From: Protoeuglena noctilucae
Lineage: Eukaryota
Direction of reading: 5' to 3'
Assembly (NCBI GenBank): GCA_958009085.1
Contig: OY253674.1
Coordinates: 310,001 to 374,000 of the forward strand
DNA length: 64,000 nt
In this document: positions 36,875-48,869 of the stretch, piece after piece
Layout: each line of letters opens with the position of its first letter
Position numbering within the stretch: the first letter of the stretch is position 1
Made by a program: the position numbers and the translations under genes
Notes under the pieces: generated by a model
Seen by the model: only the letters and a program-made list of their open reading frames with translations
Databases searched by the model: none
What the model was told of the DNA's origin: nothing

Positions 36875-39460
36875 TCACGGTAGCCCGGGCACCACCACAG
36901 CCCCGCCCCGGGCCGTCGGGAACCGGAAACAGAACAGCATGCGCCACACGCTGCGGCGTGGGGGCGCAGGCGAGGGGTGCGCGGTGATGTCGACGGCCCT
37001 GCTGCCCTCCTCGTCCCCGTTTTCTGCCTTGTTCCCCCAGCTCGACTTGTCACGAGCCACCGGAGCGATGACTGCAGACAGAGAGACGAAGCTCGGTCTT
37101 ACCGAAAGCCATACAGCCCAAACCAGCCGGTCCCTTCGCGCTCGCGCCTCAGCGCGCCGCCAGTGCCGAGCCCGGCGCGGCTCGCCCTGCTCGCTTACCT
37201 TTGGTCTCTGCGCCCGTTGTGCTCCCCAGGTCCCCAGGCCTGTCGTCCTCATTCACGGCCTTCTCTTTCGACGCACGGTCTTTCGAACCACGGTTGTGGT
37301 CAGATTGTGACAAGGGCTGCAGGGGAACAAGGGCCAGGGCGGTGGGCAAGGCGGCACGCAAAACTTACATGATGAGCAGCAATGTGGAAGCCACTCACGT
37401 CGTCCCGCGGGCGTATTGTCAGTGGCCGCACGCCCGTCCCCTCGCTCGAGTACCCCTGCTGCGCCATCCGCGTCCGGCTGGAGTTGCGGTGCGTGAACGC
37501 CTGGCGCCCCGACCTGCTCTCCGCGCAAGACCCGGACAGACCCACCGACGCGTGCTGCGGGAACCGCGGCACACGGATGGCTCAGTATCACTCGCAGAAA
37601 GCATCCCAACATGCGTCTGGCACAAACGCATGTCGGAGGCTTGCCCGGCTGCAACGGCGAGCCCAGCGCCTCTGCCTCACCCGCTGGACGATCCGGAAGG
37701 CGTTGCCTGTCTGGCTGCCCCGCGCGACAGAGTAGTTGTTGGCCATGGCGCGAGCGCGCCCGGGCCCGAGCCCCGTGCCCCCCGCCACGAAGCTGAAGGT
37801 GGAGAGGTTGGACTCCATGTTGCCACCCCCCTCCTCCGTGCCCGCCGGGTGCAAGCGATTCCAATCCGACGGGTCCGCGTGCTGCACGATGAGCGGGTGA
37901 CCATAGAGGTCCTCAACTGCGGGCGGGGACAGGGGCGGGGGTGCCTGGCGTGTCGCGAGGGGCGGGCGTGGCTTGAGGGTCGCGGCGGTGCCCAGAGGGT
38001 CACTCACTCGAAGAGCGCTCGTCCGGGTACCACCGCAGACATCGGTTGAGGAAGTCCTGCGCCTCGGCCGTCAGCGCGATGAACTCGGGCCGCTGGGCGT
38101 GCCCTGCCAGAATGTTGCGGACCACATCCTCCTCGTTGTGGCCGTTGAAGGGCACGGTGCCCGTCACCAGCTCCCAGAACATGACGCCGAGCGCCCACAC
38201 GTCCGCGCCCTCCCTATAACTCGGCCGGCGGTCCCTGCGGGGCGAAGGAGGCGCGGCATGGGACGGTCAGCAACAGCACGGGGCCGACAGGTGTGGGAGC
38301 TCTAACCTCCGGCGCAGCTTCCTCGCAAACGCTCGCCGCGCGACTCACCGGGGGACTTGGGAGCGCGTGGGCCCTTTGGGGTCGCTGAGGTCGCCCAAGA
38401 TGACCTCGGGAGCCATGCTCTGCAGTGTGCCGAGCTGCGTCATGGCGCGCTTGCGGCGCAGGGAGAGCGCGAACCCGAAGTCGGCGAGCTGCGTGTGACC
38501 TTGCCGGTCGAGCAGAATGTTCTCCAGCTTGATGTCCCGGTGGAGGACGCCGATGCGGTGCAGGTACCCCAGCGCGCTGAGGACCGGCATGAGGACGTAC
38601 TTGGCCACGGAGCGCTCGTCGTGCTTGATTTCCTTGAACCGCGAGTACAGGTCGCCGTTGGTGGCCAGCGGCATGATGACGCAGAGGAAGTCGCCGTCAC
38701 GGAAGGCCGCCCAGAGTTGCGCGATGTGCGGGTGGTCTGCGCGGGTCGCGCCAGCCGCGTCAGGCACCGCGCGCTGCTCACGTACGAACGGCGCGGTGCT
38801 CCACGCGGGCGGCGCTCACCGAGCTTGGAGTGGATGGCGATCTCGCCCATGATGGTCTGGAGGACCACGCTCGAAACCTCCGCCAAATTGTACGCCTTGA
38901 GTGCGACGTCCATATTTGTCTCCAAGTCGACGGCGCTGTACACCCGCGAGGCCATGCCGTCCCCGATCCTGCAAGCCCGTGCGAAGGGCTCTCACACGGA
39001 GTTTGCCCCCGCACCTCCGCCAGGGCTACGCCGCGCGCGGCGGCCCCAGAAGGCTCCCAGATCCTCGGATGGGAAATTTATGTGGGAGCGCGGAGCAGCA
39101 GCGGGCGCGAACCGCCCCGGATTCGGCGCGGCGCGCCGTTACAATGAAACATGGTGGGCCAAGCAAGTCCCACACCCGAGTGAGCCACGGCACGCAGACG
39201 CCGGGAACGTGGCACCCACCACCCATCCACTAAACGCCATGGTTGGTCGAAGGAACGGCTGAGCGCCACGCGTCAGGGGGACCTTCCTCCCGGAAGCGTC
39301 TCGGTGGGGCAAGCGCTCACCTGTCCACGCGCTTGAATCGCTTGAGTTCCCATGAATCCACAGCGGCGACCGCTTCCGGGCAGCGGCATCCCAGCATGAC
39401 GAGCCCCTCCCCCAATTCCAACTCGCCCTCCTGAAGGGACGACGTGTCGCGCGAACGCAT
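36875..39460 (-). CDS. Ser/Thr protein kinase (Aurora-like/CAMK group) with a C-terminal extension
   Basis: IGDGMASRVY, VALKAY, EIAIHSKLDHPHIAQL, HRDIKLEN, ADFGFA, GTLQSMAPE and DVWALGV. Confidence 0.92.
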
Positions 39461-39839
39461 GGTCAATCCAGTTACCCGAGCAAGCAACTAAGTAGGGCCA
39501 CGGAACGCGGCAATTCGGGCAGTCACACCATTGCCGAGCGCAGAGCTCGAGACACGCCCGGAGCTCTCGCGTGCGGCAGCGGGACGGCTCGGAGTATGCT
39601 GGGCGGTGGCGTGGCGGGCCTCAAAATGCGTGTGCTCCGAACGCCCAGCTCTGCCAGAGTCTGGCGGTGTCGATCAGGGGCTACCCGAAAGGCCGCTGCT
39701 CCGCTCACCTCACTGTCTCGCTTTTGTGCTAACAGCGTGTGCGAATCCGTGCGCTTTAGCTTTGCTCCCCTCCCCAGGACTCCCCCCCGCGTCCTCCCTG
39801 CGCTTCTGGGGCAAAGCAGGGATTTACTAGCAAGTTCTC

Positions 39840-41644
39840 ATGAACTGGGCCTCGGATGACGCCAAGCTGCAGCTGGCGGAGCTCGTCTCGGCCTTTCCAC
39901 AGGTGCGTCGCACGTTCTCACGAACTTTGCGGACTCCTCAGCTGACTAGTCGTCAGCCGTCGCTGGCGTCGTCTTGCTCGTGCCCTGGATCGCATATGGA
40001 GACACTGTGTCGGCACTCTCGCCCTTTCCACGGCACACGCTTCGCCTACCCCTCTGGTCATCCCTCTCCCCGTTGCAGGCCGAGCGCATGCGCGAGGATT
40101 TCTCCTTGTACGACATCCCGTGCGTCACTCCGGAGGGCGAGCGCGTGAAACTGCGCGTGGCGCTGCCCATGGCGTTCCCGCGCGTCAAGCCCGTCCTGAC
40201 CGGTGGGGCGCGGGGCGTGCCGCGCTCCCTGCATGCGTCCAAACAGCGCTCTCCTTGCGTGTTGGGTGACGTCCACGCATAGGTCCCCCATCCACCCCCT
40301 CCCCAGTGACGGGCAGCGTGGGCAGGCATGCCAACGTCGACGCTGCGGGGCGAATGTCCTTTGCGTCCCTGGAACGGTGGTCTTTCCCCCAATCCCGCCT
40401 GGTCGAGGTCGCCGCGGAGGCAGTCACGCTGCTCACGGGGCGAGACCCCCTGCTCCCGCAGAGTGGCGCCCAGCAGGTGAGGCCGTTGCCGCGCACACCC
40501 CATGTGGGCCATGCGTGGTCGGAGCGACAACTCGCACCGGTTACCGCCTATGTGTTCCTAACGCCCGCAGGGCGCGTGGGCCGGCGCGAGACCTGGGGCG
40601 GCGCCGTCCCCGTCACGCCCGCCGCCGCCGCCCATCTTTGGCGACTGCAAGCCGGTGCCAGCCCAGGCGTCGCAGGCACCGGCGCCGGCGCCGAGTCGAC
40701 CCCCCATGCCGTTTTATGGACTGGACGGGGAGGTTAGCGCGGGGGATGTGCACGTGGACAGCGGACCACACGCCGACGCCATTCGGCCGGGCGGGCCGGC
40801 GACGGGGATGGCACCCGCCGTGCCCCGATCCGACGTGCGGCCCCCGCCGCCCGCACCCTTGGGCCAGCTGCCCCCCGTCCCCACGGAGTTCCCCGAGCTG
40901 GCCGGCAAGACTCACCAGGAGCTGATGGAGTTGCTGCGTGACCCTGAGAAGCTCGCGAGGTGAGAGACGGTCGCACTGCCATGCGCTGGCCCCCGTGGAT
41001 GCAAGGGTGGCGACAGCGCACTTAGCCGTTTCCCACGCTCTTTGCAGCCTCACCAGTGTCGTCGTGGAGCGCATGGACTTGGACAGGGCCGTGCGCGAGG
41101 TGGAGGCGCGGAACCGGGCGCTGGCGGAGGACATTATGGTCAAGCAAGGTGAGCGTGGCAGCAACGTTCCCAAAGGTTGTAAACTCGCATCCCAGCCCCG
41201 GTTCAGCGGGGCTGCAGCTCCCACACGCACCCCTTGCTCGCAGAAGCCGCGAAGGGCGCCGCCGTGCACATCAACATCGTGCGTGCGAACGACTTTGCTG
41301 CGGCCCGGGCGGAGCTCGAGTCGCTGGCAGCACGGCAGGCCGCTGTCTGGGACAGGGTGGACCCCGAGAAGCATTTGCGGGAGCTGGGCGACAGGCGAAA
41401 GGCTTTGGACGAGCAGGTGCGTGGCTGCCGGGTGAGCCAGGGGCTTTGGCGTGCTAGAGGCGGCTTCGCTGAGGGTTGCGACTGACGTGCGCGGCCGCAG
41501 GCCCGGGGCATGGCGTCTGCCGTGGAGTCGGGCGCAGCGCCAGTGACGGACGAGTGGCTTCGGGACTACATCGCGCTGCGGGTGGAGAGCCACTCTGCAG
41601 AGCTCATCACCCAGTTAGCCATGCGACCATCGCGGGGCCGGTAG
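39840..41644 (+). CDS. VPS37: VPS37-like ESCRT-I subunit (UEV-like N-terminus plus Mod(r) C-terminus)
   Basis: LRVALPMAFPRVKPVLT...HANVDAAG (UEV-like), PVPTEFPELAGKTHQELMELL, and DEWLRDYIALRVESH. Confidence 0.75.
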
Positions 41645-41797
41645 GGTGGCCGTGTCGGGCCACAGGCTGATGCCGTTTGAAATGGTGCATGGAAGACAAG
41701 ACACGCATCCGCTGGGTCGCTAGTAGAATCCAGCGAATCTTATTTGGACCCATGGTCCCCCTAAGTCCACTCTTGCAACGGGACGGACTGCGACGTC

Positions 41798-42870
41798 TCA
41801 CGAGTAGAGCTGGGCGCCGTAGATGAGCTGGAAGGAGTCCACCACGGTCTGCAGCTTGTCCTTCATCTTGTTCCACCTCTTCTCGTTCGCGCCGGTGACC
41901 AGGGTGTAGAACTTGCCGTCCGCCACCGTCACGCTTGCCAGGGCGTGCCGCGTGTAGTTGGAGGCCTTGGACGTGAATTCGAACTGGTAGTACGTCTTGC
42001 CCTCCTTGGCCACCGTTTGCGTCCTCAGCACCTTGACCTCCTGGCTGCAGCCACGGAAATGACCATGTCAAGTTCAGCGCCACGGTCGTACCACGCAACA
42101 CCTGCCAACCCTACTCATGCTCCCTTTACATTCGGAAGCAGCAGTGGCAGCAGCAATGACCATGACGTCACTCACTTCGGGCTCGTGAGGACGCGCGTGG
42201 CGAGCGTCTCAGCCACCTCCTCCGCCGTCCCGAACTCGTTGAGCGTCTTCTTGTCGGTCGGGACCAGAGTCACCGACACGCTCTCCAGGGGCTCAATGAT
42301 GTCCTTGTAGACCACGTCCGCGCCGTCCACCGTCACCTCCTGCGGAAGCGGCCTGAGTTGCCTGGCCTCGGCTGCCAGCGTTTGGGCACTGCACAGGAGA
42401 CACACAGCGGCACGAAGTCCCACCTGCCAGCCGAAGGGGTAGGCAAAGAGGTACTTGTCTCCGGTGTCCTTGACGACGTTGAAACCCTTCAGCTGCGGGG
42501 ACAGATGGGGAAGTGCGTCGTTAAGGACGGGTTGGCGGCGAAATCGGCACTGCATTGCACAGCAAAGCCCCACCTTTGCGGCGTGAGACGGCTCGGCGAT
42601 GGCCCCGGAGAGCGCGATGGCTCCAACTGCGGAAAGTAAAGCCCTCCTTGACGGCTGAGACGTGGACGAAGACTGCAAGCGAGGAACGGGGAGTGTGTCG
42701 GGTGTCGGGATCGCGACGGAGGTTCCAAAGCAATCCTGAGCGGAAGCCGCGTAGCAGCACCTGGGTAGACGCGTTGGGAGACGGCGGAAGCGCCTGCAGC
42801 CTCGTCGAACTCCTGCGAAGGCCGTGAGTCCGGGGCTCGAGCGCCCGGGGCCACGGAAATCCATCAGCAT
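41798..42870 (-). CDS. PPL1: PsbP-like protein 1, thylakoid lumen
   Basis: SRRALL signal, DKYLFAYPFGWQEVTVDGADVVYKDIIEPLESVSV, YTRHALASVTV and GANEKRWNKMKDKLQTVVDSF. Confidence 0.93.
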
Positions 42871-43432
42871 GTCGCGCCCAGCGCTGGCCTCGCGAGCCGA
42901 TGTCATGCCCGGGCAACGCAGTCCACATCTCTGCCAAAGATTTCAGGATTGCAAGGGCCGCATTTGGGCGAGCTCACCGCACAGCACCCGTGGCCCGGCG
43001 CTGGTGCGCCCGCACAGGCTGGGCGAGGGGTGCGCGCGCCTGGGACGCCATCGCTTCCACCGTGCACTCAGCGGCTACGTGTCTGCGCAGCAAGGCAAGC
43101 ACACTCTTCCTTCGGGCATCACTTGGGTTCGTGGCCACGGCTCCGCGATCTTCCCATCCGACCACGGACAGCAACGATGCCGGCGTCTGTTTAAACATCG
43201 CGACCATCGTCGTCCCTCTCACCGTGGCAATTCCTGGTGAGGCGTGCGGATGAAAGCGAGCTGCCAAGCCGACGTCCCGGGCTCACAAACGAACGGTCCG
43301 CTGGTCGCGATGCACGGGACTGACTTCAAAGCGGCGATGTACGGATTGCTGGGCCGGAGGTGGCCGATTTGACGGCGCCAGAACCCGTGGCGACGCCAAT
43401 AGTTGGTAGGCCAATGGCCAATGGCGCTCACA

Positions 43433-46400
43433 TTAGGTGTCCATGCGATCTGTGCGGCCCGCGTCAGAGCCGGGTCGACCCGCCTTGACACCGTGCGCCC
43501 CTCCCGCCGCGTGCCCTGCGTGCATGCAACGGCAGCACGTTCCCAAACAGTCAGCCCTTGGTCCCTCGCCTCAAAACCCCCGCGCCTCGCTCACCGTTCA
43601 TTTCCGATGACGAAAGCCCTCCACTCCGCGCCAGCACCGTCAGCGTCGCCTGGAGCGTGCGGCCCTGCATCGTCTTGACCGGCCCCTTCAGCAGGCGCAG
43701 CGCTGCAGTCAATCCCTGGGGCGCCAACCCGCCCTGCAAGCAAGCCACAGAGGCAGTGTCGAAAGCGACATCCGCTGGGCTCGCGCGGGCGGACTCTAGC
43801 GCCGCCGGCCCCCCTGCGCTGCTGCACTTGCCTGGTGCATGGCCCGCACGAGTGCATCTGCGCTCCATTCAGCGCGCCCCGCGTCCACCAGTGACGCGTT
43901 CGCCTGCCCCTCGCTCCTCAGCGCATCGTCGGCGGCATGGCGCCATCGGTCAAACGCCTGCGACCCCTCATGCAGGGGCCCCACCTCGCCTTCCAGCTGC
44001 AGCTCCGGAAGAGACACGTCCCCCAGGCCGCAGCGGAGATTCCTGCGCGCGAAACGACGCGGAGAATCTGCAGCTGCTGCAGCTGGCAACGTTTCAAGAG
44101 ACCTGTGCGGCTTTCAGGCTCCCCAAGTTCTCACCGGATGGCCCCTGCTGCCGATGCCTTCACGGCCAAAGATGCCTTCCCAGCCAGAGATGCCAGCCCG
44201 TCCAGAATGCGATCGGAGACGTACTGCGCGCTCAGCGAGGACATCTGCCTCCCTCCTGCGGGGTGGGCGAGTGGCGCAGGTGTGGGTCAGCGACGGAAAA
44301 CACTCAGCACGCATATAGCGCAAGAAACGCCCTGATGGGCCATCGGCCCTTGGCTGGCCTGTGCCGCGCGCGGGGCGCAGCTACGACGCACCTGCAACGG
44401 CACGCAGCGCCCCGGCCGCCCATGCAAACTGCACAAGGCTCTCTGTGGGCGCCTTGCGCATGCACGCGAGGAGCGCCTTGGCCGCCCACAGAGCCACCGG
44501 TGCCCCCCCGGCGGGCCCGCGAAGCGCCAGCTTATCTAAGACGCGCTGCATGCCCTTCTGCACCCGCTGCATGTGCACGTTGCCTGGGCCGGCCTCTGGC
44601 GCGGGCATCCAAATCTCGACCATCGCGTGGCACACGTCCTGGCAGTCAATGGCGCTGCGGGCGCGATCGAGAAGCGAGCGACGTGGCAGCGGCAGCGACA
44701 GGAAGCGCGGCGACGTCATCCACACAGCCCCAGACAGTGTAGCCGCCCGGACACGTGACTGCCCTACGCTCACCTGAGCTTGCCATCCATGTAGCCCACC
44801 GCGTCGCAGAGGAGCCGCAGCGCGGCCACGCGTGCGGCGTCGTCCCAGCGAACCCCACCCGGGACGACGACGGACAGGATGGCGCGGAGCAGGGGCGGGG
44901 AGAGGGACCGGCTGCGGTGAGGCCGCTTTGCCATCGCCTCCTCGAGACCCGGCAAGAGGCCCACCGAGTGCGCCGCCGACAGCACGGGTGCCATCAGACG
45001 CGTCAGCGCCGCCTGCAGCACGCTGGGCTCCCCCGGCACAGGCCTCTCGAGCACTTGCGCCATGGAGTCCAACGCATACACGGCTGAGGAGAGAAGGAGA
45101 TGATAACATGACATATGATGGCGACGGAACAGACATAGCGCTACGCTCGGAGCACTGAGCACTAAACTTGGCATGATTCGACCCTGGGGTTCGTGCCCGC
45201 GTGGCGCACTCACCGACAGCCTGGTCGTTGTGCGGCAGCTGCTGGGCGGCGGCCCCGAGGGAGTCGAGGAGGGGCAGGACGGTGGTGGACTGACGCGCGA
45301 CGACGGCGATGATCCCGAGCACCTGCGCATGCTGCGGGCCTCCGTAGGGGAGGTGCATGACGGCGCGGGAGAGCACCACGAGGGACTTCACGAGGGCCGG
45401 CACCGCAGCTGCAGGTGACAAGGGAGAGGGATGATGATAGTCCGACGCAGCGGCATGGGGCCACGACGCATGGTGACGCATGGCCACCCATCGCATCTCT
45501 TGCAGCGGCCTGCAGCCTCGCCTGCCGCCCCCAGCTTCCCAGCCTCCACCATCGTCCGATTCAAAAGGCTGGACGGGACGCTCCCGCGGCACGCACACTG
45601 CGCGACGTAGCTGGCCAGCGCGGCGAAGAGCATTGGACCCTGCCCGGCCTCCGCCAGCCCCCGTCGCATGGAGCCCAGGACCACCTCCCTGCATGCACAG
45701 CACACGTGGTACGTGAGCATCTCCCTGACAGCTCATAGCACGTTTGCCACGCCAGCTGCGTTACCATCAATCATACGCACATATTCAGCCACTGCCGTGG
45801 CCTTCACCTCAGCCCGGTTTTCTCCGCATCACCGTCTTCCCAGCAGCCCAGAGACCCCAGGCACCGCAGGGCGGCATCCAGGGTGAGGCCGGCGGCCGTT
45901 GGCGACATGCTGCACATGCTCGACAGGATGGATGTGGCCCGGACCGCGCAGTCTTGCCCCTCCGCCACCGTCTGGCCCCCGCCGCGCACGTTCGGGTGGT
46001 CCTGGCAGGCCTGCACCGTCGCCTCCACCAGCGCCGGCCACCCTGCAGAGCACACAACGCAGCAGAACCTCACGAGTCAACCAAGCTTCACTGCCGGACC
46101 CTGTCTCATCGGCGCGCCCCACGCTGACGAGCCCTCGCCTGTCGGCAGGTGTGCGTCGCGCACGAGGATGTCTAAGACACGGGCGACGACCTGCAGGGCC
46201 GTTCGTCGGCGGCTTTCAGGCCCGTCCATCTTCTGCATCAGGTACCCCAGCGACGGAATGAAGAGGTCCAGTTGGTCCGACCACCACCGCGATCCCTGGG
46301 TCTGCGAACGCGACCGCGGAGAGACTTCCATCAGACATGGCCACCTCCACCGTCTTCCCTTCGTACTCATGACACAGTCAGCCGTCCTCACGGCCGGTGT

Positions 46401-47212
46401 GCTTGCTCGCCTGCAGCGCCACGAACTCCTCCAGCAGCTGAAGGGCGAGGGTGTCGAGGAGCTCGACCTTGCGCTGCAGGAGGGCCCGGACGAGCGCAAC
46501 CACCTGCTGGCCCGTGAGCGGCGCCGCCTTGGTGTGGCACTGCAGGAGCTTGCTGTGTGCCACGACGGCCACCCTGCGACGGGCGCGAGAGCTGGGCGGT
46601 GGCCGAGCTCTCGGAGAGCCGGGTGAGCACTCGCGATGCCTGGCCGGGTCGCACAAAGAATCTCTCACCTCACGTATCCGAAACGCCCAGCCCGCAAGTC
46701 CCGCATGGCTCTCCTGTGCGGGGAAAGCACCAGCTCGCATCGTGCGGGCCTCCTCCAGCATCATGCACATCACCTCCGAGCGTCCTAGCAACGGACTTCG
46801 TCGCACCTGAATATTTTGCGGGATATCTTGGGGAAGCGGTCCGGGTTCACCTCGGCATACTCCGTCAGCTTCTCGATCGCGCGCACCACCTGTGGGAGAG
46901 ACAAGGACGTAGTTCGGACGCTCATCTTGCGAGACGGCCTGAGGGATCGGCAGATTCGCCGTCTTGAATGACTCGCTCGCACCGCGCGAGTCAGAGGAGC
47001 CCCGCAGGCGCCGAGATCCTCGACAGCGACGCGACTGCGCATAGTGCGACACGCAAGGTTCGTGCCAGCCTGCCCATCACCTTCGGCTCGAGGGCGCCCT
47101 CCACGGATGGTTCCTCGGGCGGAAAGAGTTGCGGGACCAGCTTGCGGTACCGCTTCGCCCGGCGGACGGAGGCCGGCTCCAAGCTAGTGCAGAGGAGACC
47201 AAAGCAGGGCAT
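43433..47212 (-). CDS. EFR3-like ARM-repeat protein (PI4K complex anchor family)
   Basis: Cys-containing N-terminus MPCFGLLCTSL, then AKRYRKLVPQLFP and IEKLTEYAEVNPDRFPKI. Many helical exons. The last exon (DRMDT*) is inferred. Confidence 0.8.
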
Positions 47213-47598
47213 GGCCACGGGCAGCTCGATCACGTGCGCCGCATCGGCGAGGGACGGGACGGGGCTCACGCTGCGCCCTTCCGTGGACAGAGGGCGGCTG
47301 ATTGCGAGAGGACAGCGCGAGCTGGCGGCAGTCGATCCACCCAGCGCATCGCCACCGACAGGCCCATTAACAGGGCCATAGATGCCGCGGACTGGCGAAG
47401 ATGCCAGACGTGGACGCGCCAGTGCCTGTCGCGACGGGGATACGTGGCCTGCGCGCAGTGCCTGCGCGGCCTGATGCGTGCACTCGCCAGGCTCTCTGCG
47501 GCAAGGGCGACGGGGACACCGCAGAGGGTTGCGTATCCTGCGCTTGCCGTTCGGGGGTAGCGAGTCCCTGCGGGGCGGCTTGGCGGAGCGGGGAGGTC

Positions 47599-48606
47599 AT
47601 GCAGGCGCTGAACAGCATCCGGATGGGGGCGAGGCGCCTGGCCACGCTGGTGGACGTCAAGGCGGTGAGCAAAGGGGCCACGGGCACCCCGCTCCGCCCG
47701 GTGATGATCGTCGACGTTCGCGATGCTTTCGGCTGAAGCTCAACGCGCTTCCTGCCGCGATTGCGCGCCGAATGTCGCGCTGGTCGGCCTTTTGATGAGG
47801 TGTCTCGGTCCCGCGCCCCCATTCCGACGCGCACGGACGCATGGCGTCTTTTTGTAGCTCCGGATTTCGCATGCACTGCGCGAGGGCCCCGCGAGTGCCC
47901 CGGCGAAGCGGCATGCAAGTGATGGGTCCCTGTGCCTTGCTGACGGCCCCATCCGGGGCCCCGCTTGGAGGGTGCAATCCTTCCATCTCCGTCGAGCCAT
48001 GGCGGCAGCGGGAGTCGCGGGACCGCCCCCCACGAAGGCGCCAGGGCCTTTTTCGCAGGGTGGCGTCACGGCGGACGCTCTGAAGGAGCTTGAGGCGGTG
48101 GCTGCCAAGGAGGGGTACTACGCGGCCATCAGGAACATCCCGGTCGACTCCTGGCCGAGCTTGCCGAAGCCCTTCCTCGAGAAGGCTTTGACGGACCTCC
48201 GGTCCTTCGCCAAGGTGCGTGCCGGCGATGGCAGGGCCAGTGCCCAGGTGGAGCTCCTGCCTCGCGATCCCTGAGGTGCTGCCGATAGTTTCAGCCTCTT
48301 CCCGTCGCTGAGACCCACGCAGGCGAACCACATCAACCGCAACGGCGTCACGCCGCACGAGGGCTTCGAGTACCTCCACTCCGCCAAGATGTACGACCTG
48401 GACAACTGGCCCGGCAAGAAGACCTTCGTCGCCAGCGTCGTCTTTGGCATCACGGCCGGGTGAGCGCGGGGAGGTGGTGCATCGGGGCTTGGACCAGGCT
48501 GCGTGCCTGCCAGGACACCGCCACCGCCCTCTCTCCTCCCAGGGGCCTGTTCATCGTCCCGGGTATCCTCTACGGCGTGTCCATGGCGCGTGTGAAGTCC
48601 GCCTAA
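47599..48606 (+). CDS. Small mitochondrial single-TM protein, possibly an accessory cytochrome c oxidase subunit
   Basis: Presequence-like MQALNSIRMGARRLAT. Four exons with strong codon bias. C-terminal YLHSAKMYDL followed by hydrophobic FVASVVFGITAGGLFIVPGILYGV. Confidence 0.6.
47696..47832 (+). ncRNA. Intronic C/D box snoRNA candidate
   Basis: Box C GTGATGA 47701-47707, D' CTGA 47733-47736, C' TGATGA 47793-47798 and D CCGA 47824-47827, in correct order inside intron 47665-48058. The terminal stem is imperfect. Confidence 0.5.
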
Positions 48607-48869
48607 GAAGGAGGGCCCCTTAGGACTTCCCCTGCACGAGACAGCTGTTGAAATCTTGCTGAGTAAAGCTGCTGGCTAGGCATGCCGACAGCCCACACTA
48701 ACCTTATGGTTGTTATCTCGACGGGTGGCACTTCGGAGGTTGCACTGCGTGCGAGGCCAGCAACTGGCAGCGAAGCGGCCCCTCAAGAGGCCCCACTTTG
48801 CATGGAGGTCTCCAATCCCCTTTGCCGTGCATGGAATGGGGATGGGTCCCGGTTCAACTCCGGGACAAG

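Noticed and set aside
8006..41644. Two ESCRT genes (IST1, VPS37) as a functional cluster
   Set aside because: About 30 kb apart with unrelated genes between them, so probably coincidence.
13086..48606. Alternative genetic code (TAA/TAG read as Gln)
   Set aside because: Genes end at TAA (TPT, 48606), TAG (VPS37, and ELOC at 56755) and TGA, and conserved exons show no internal stops.
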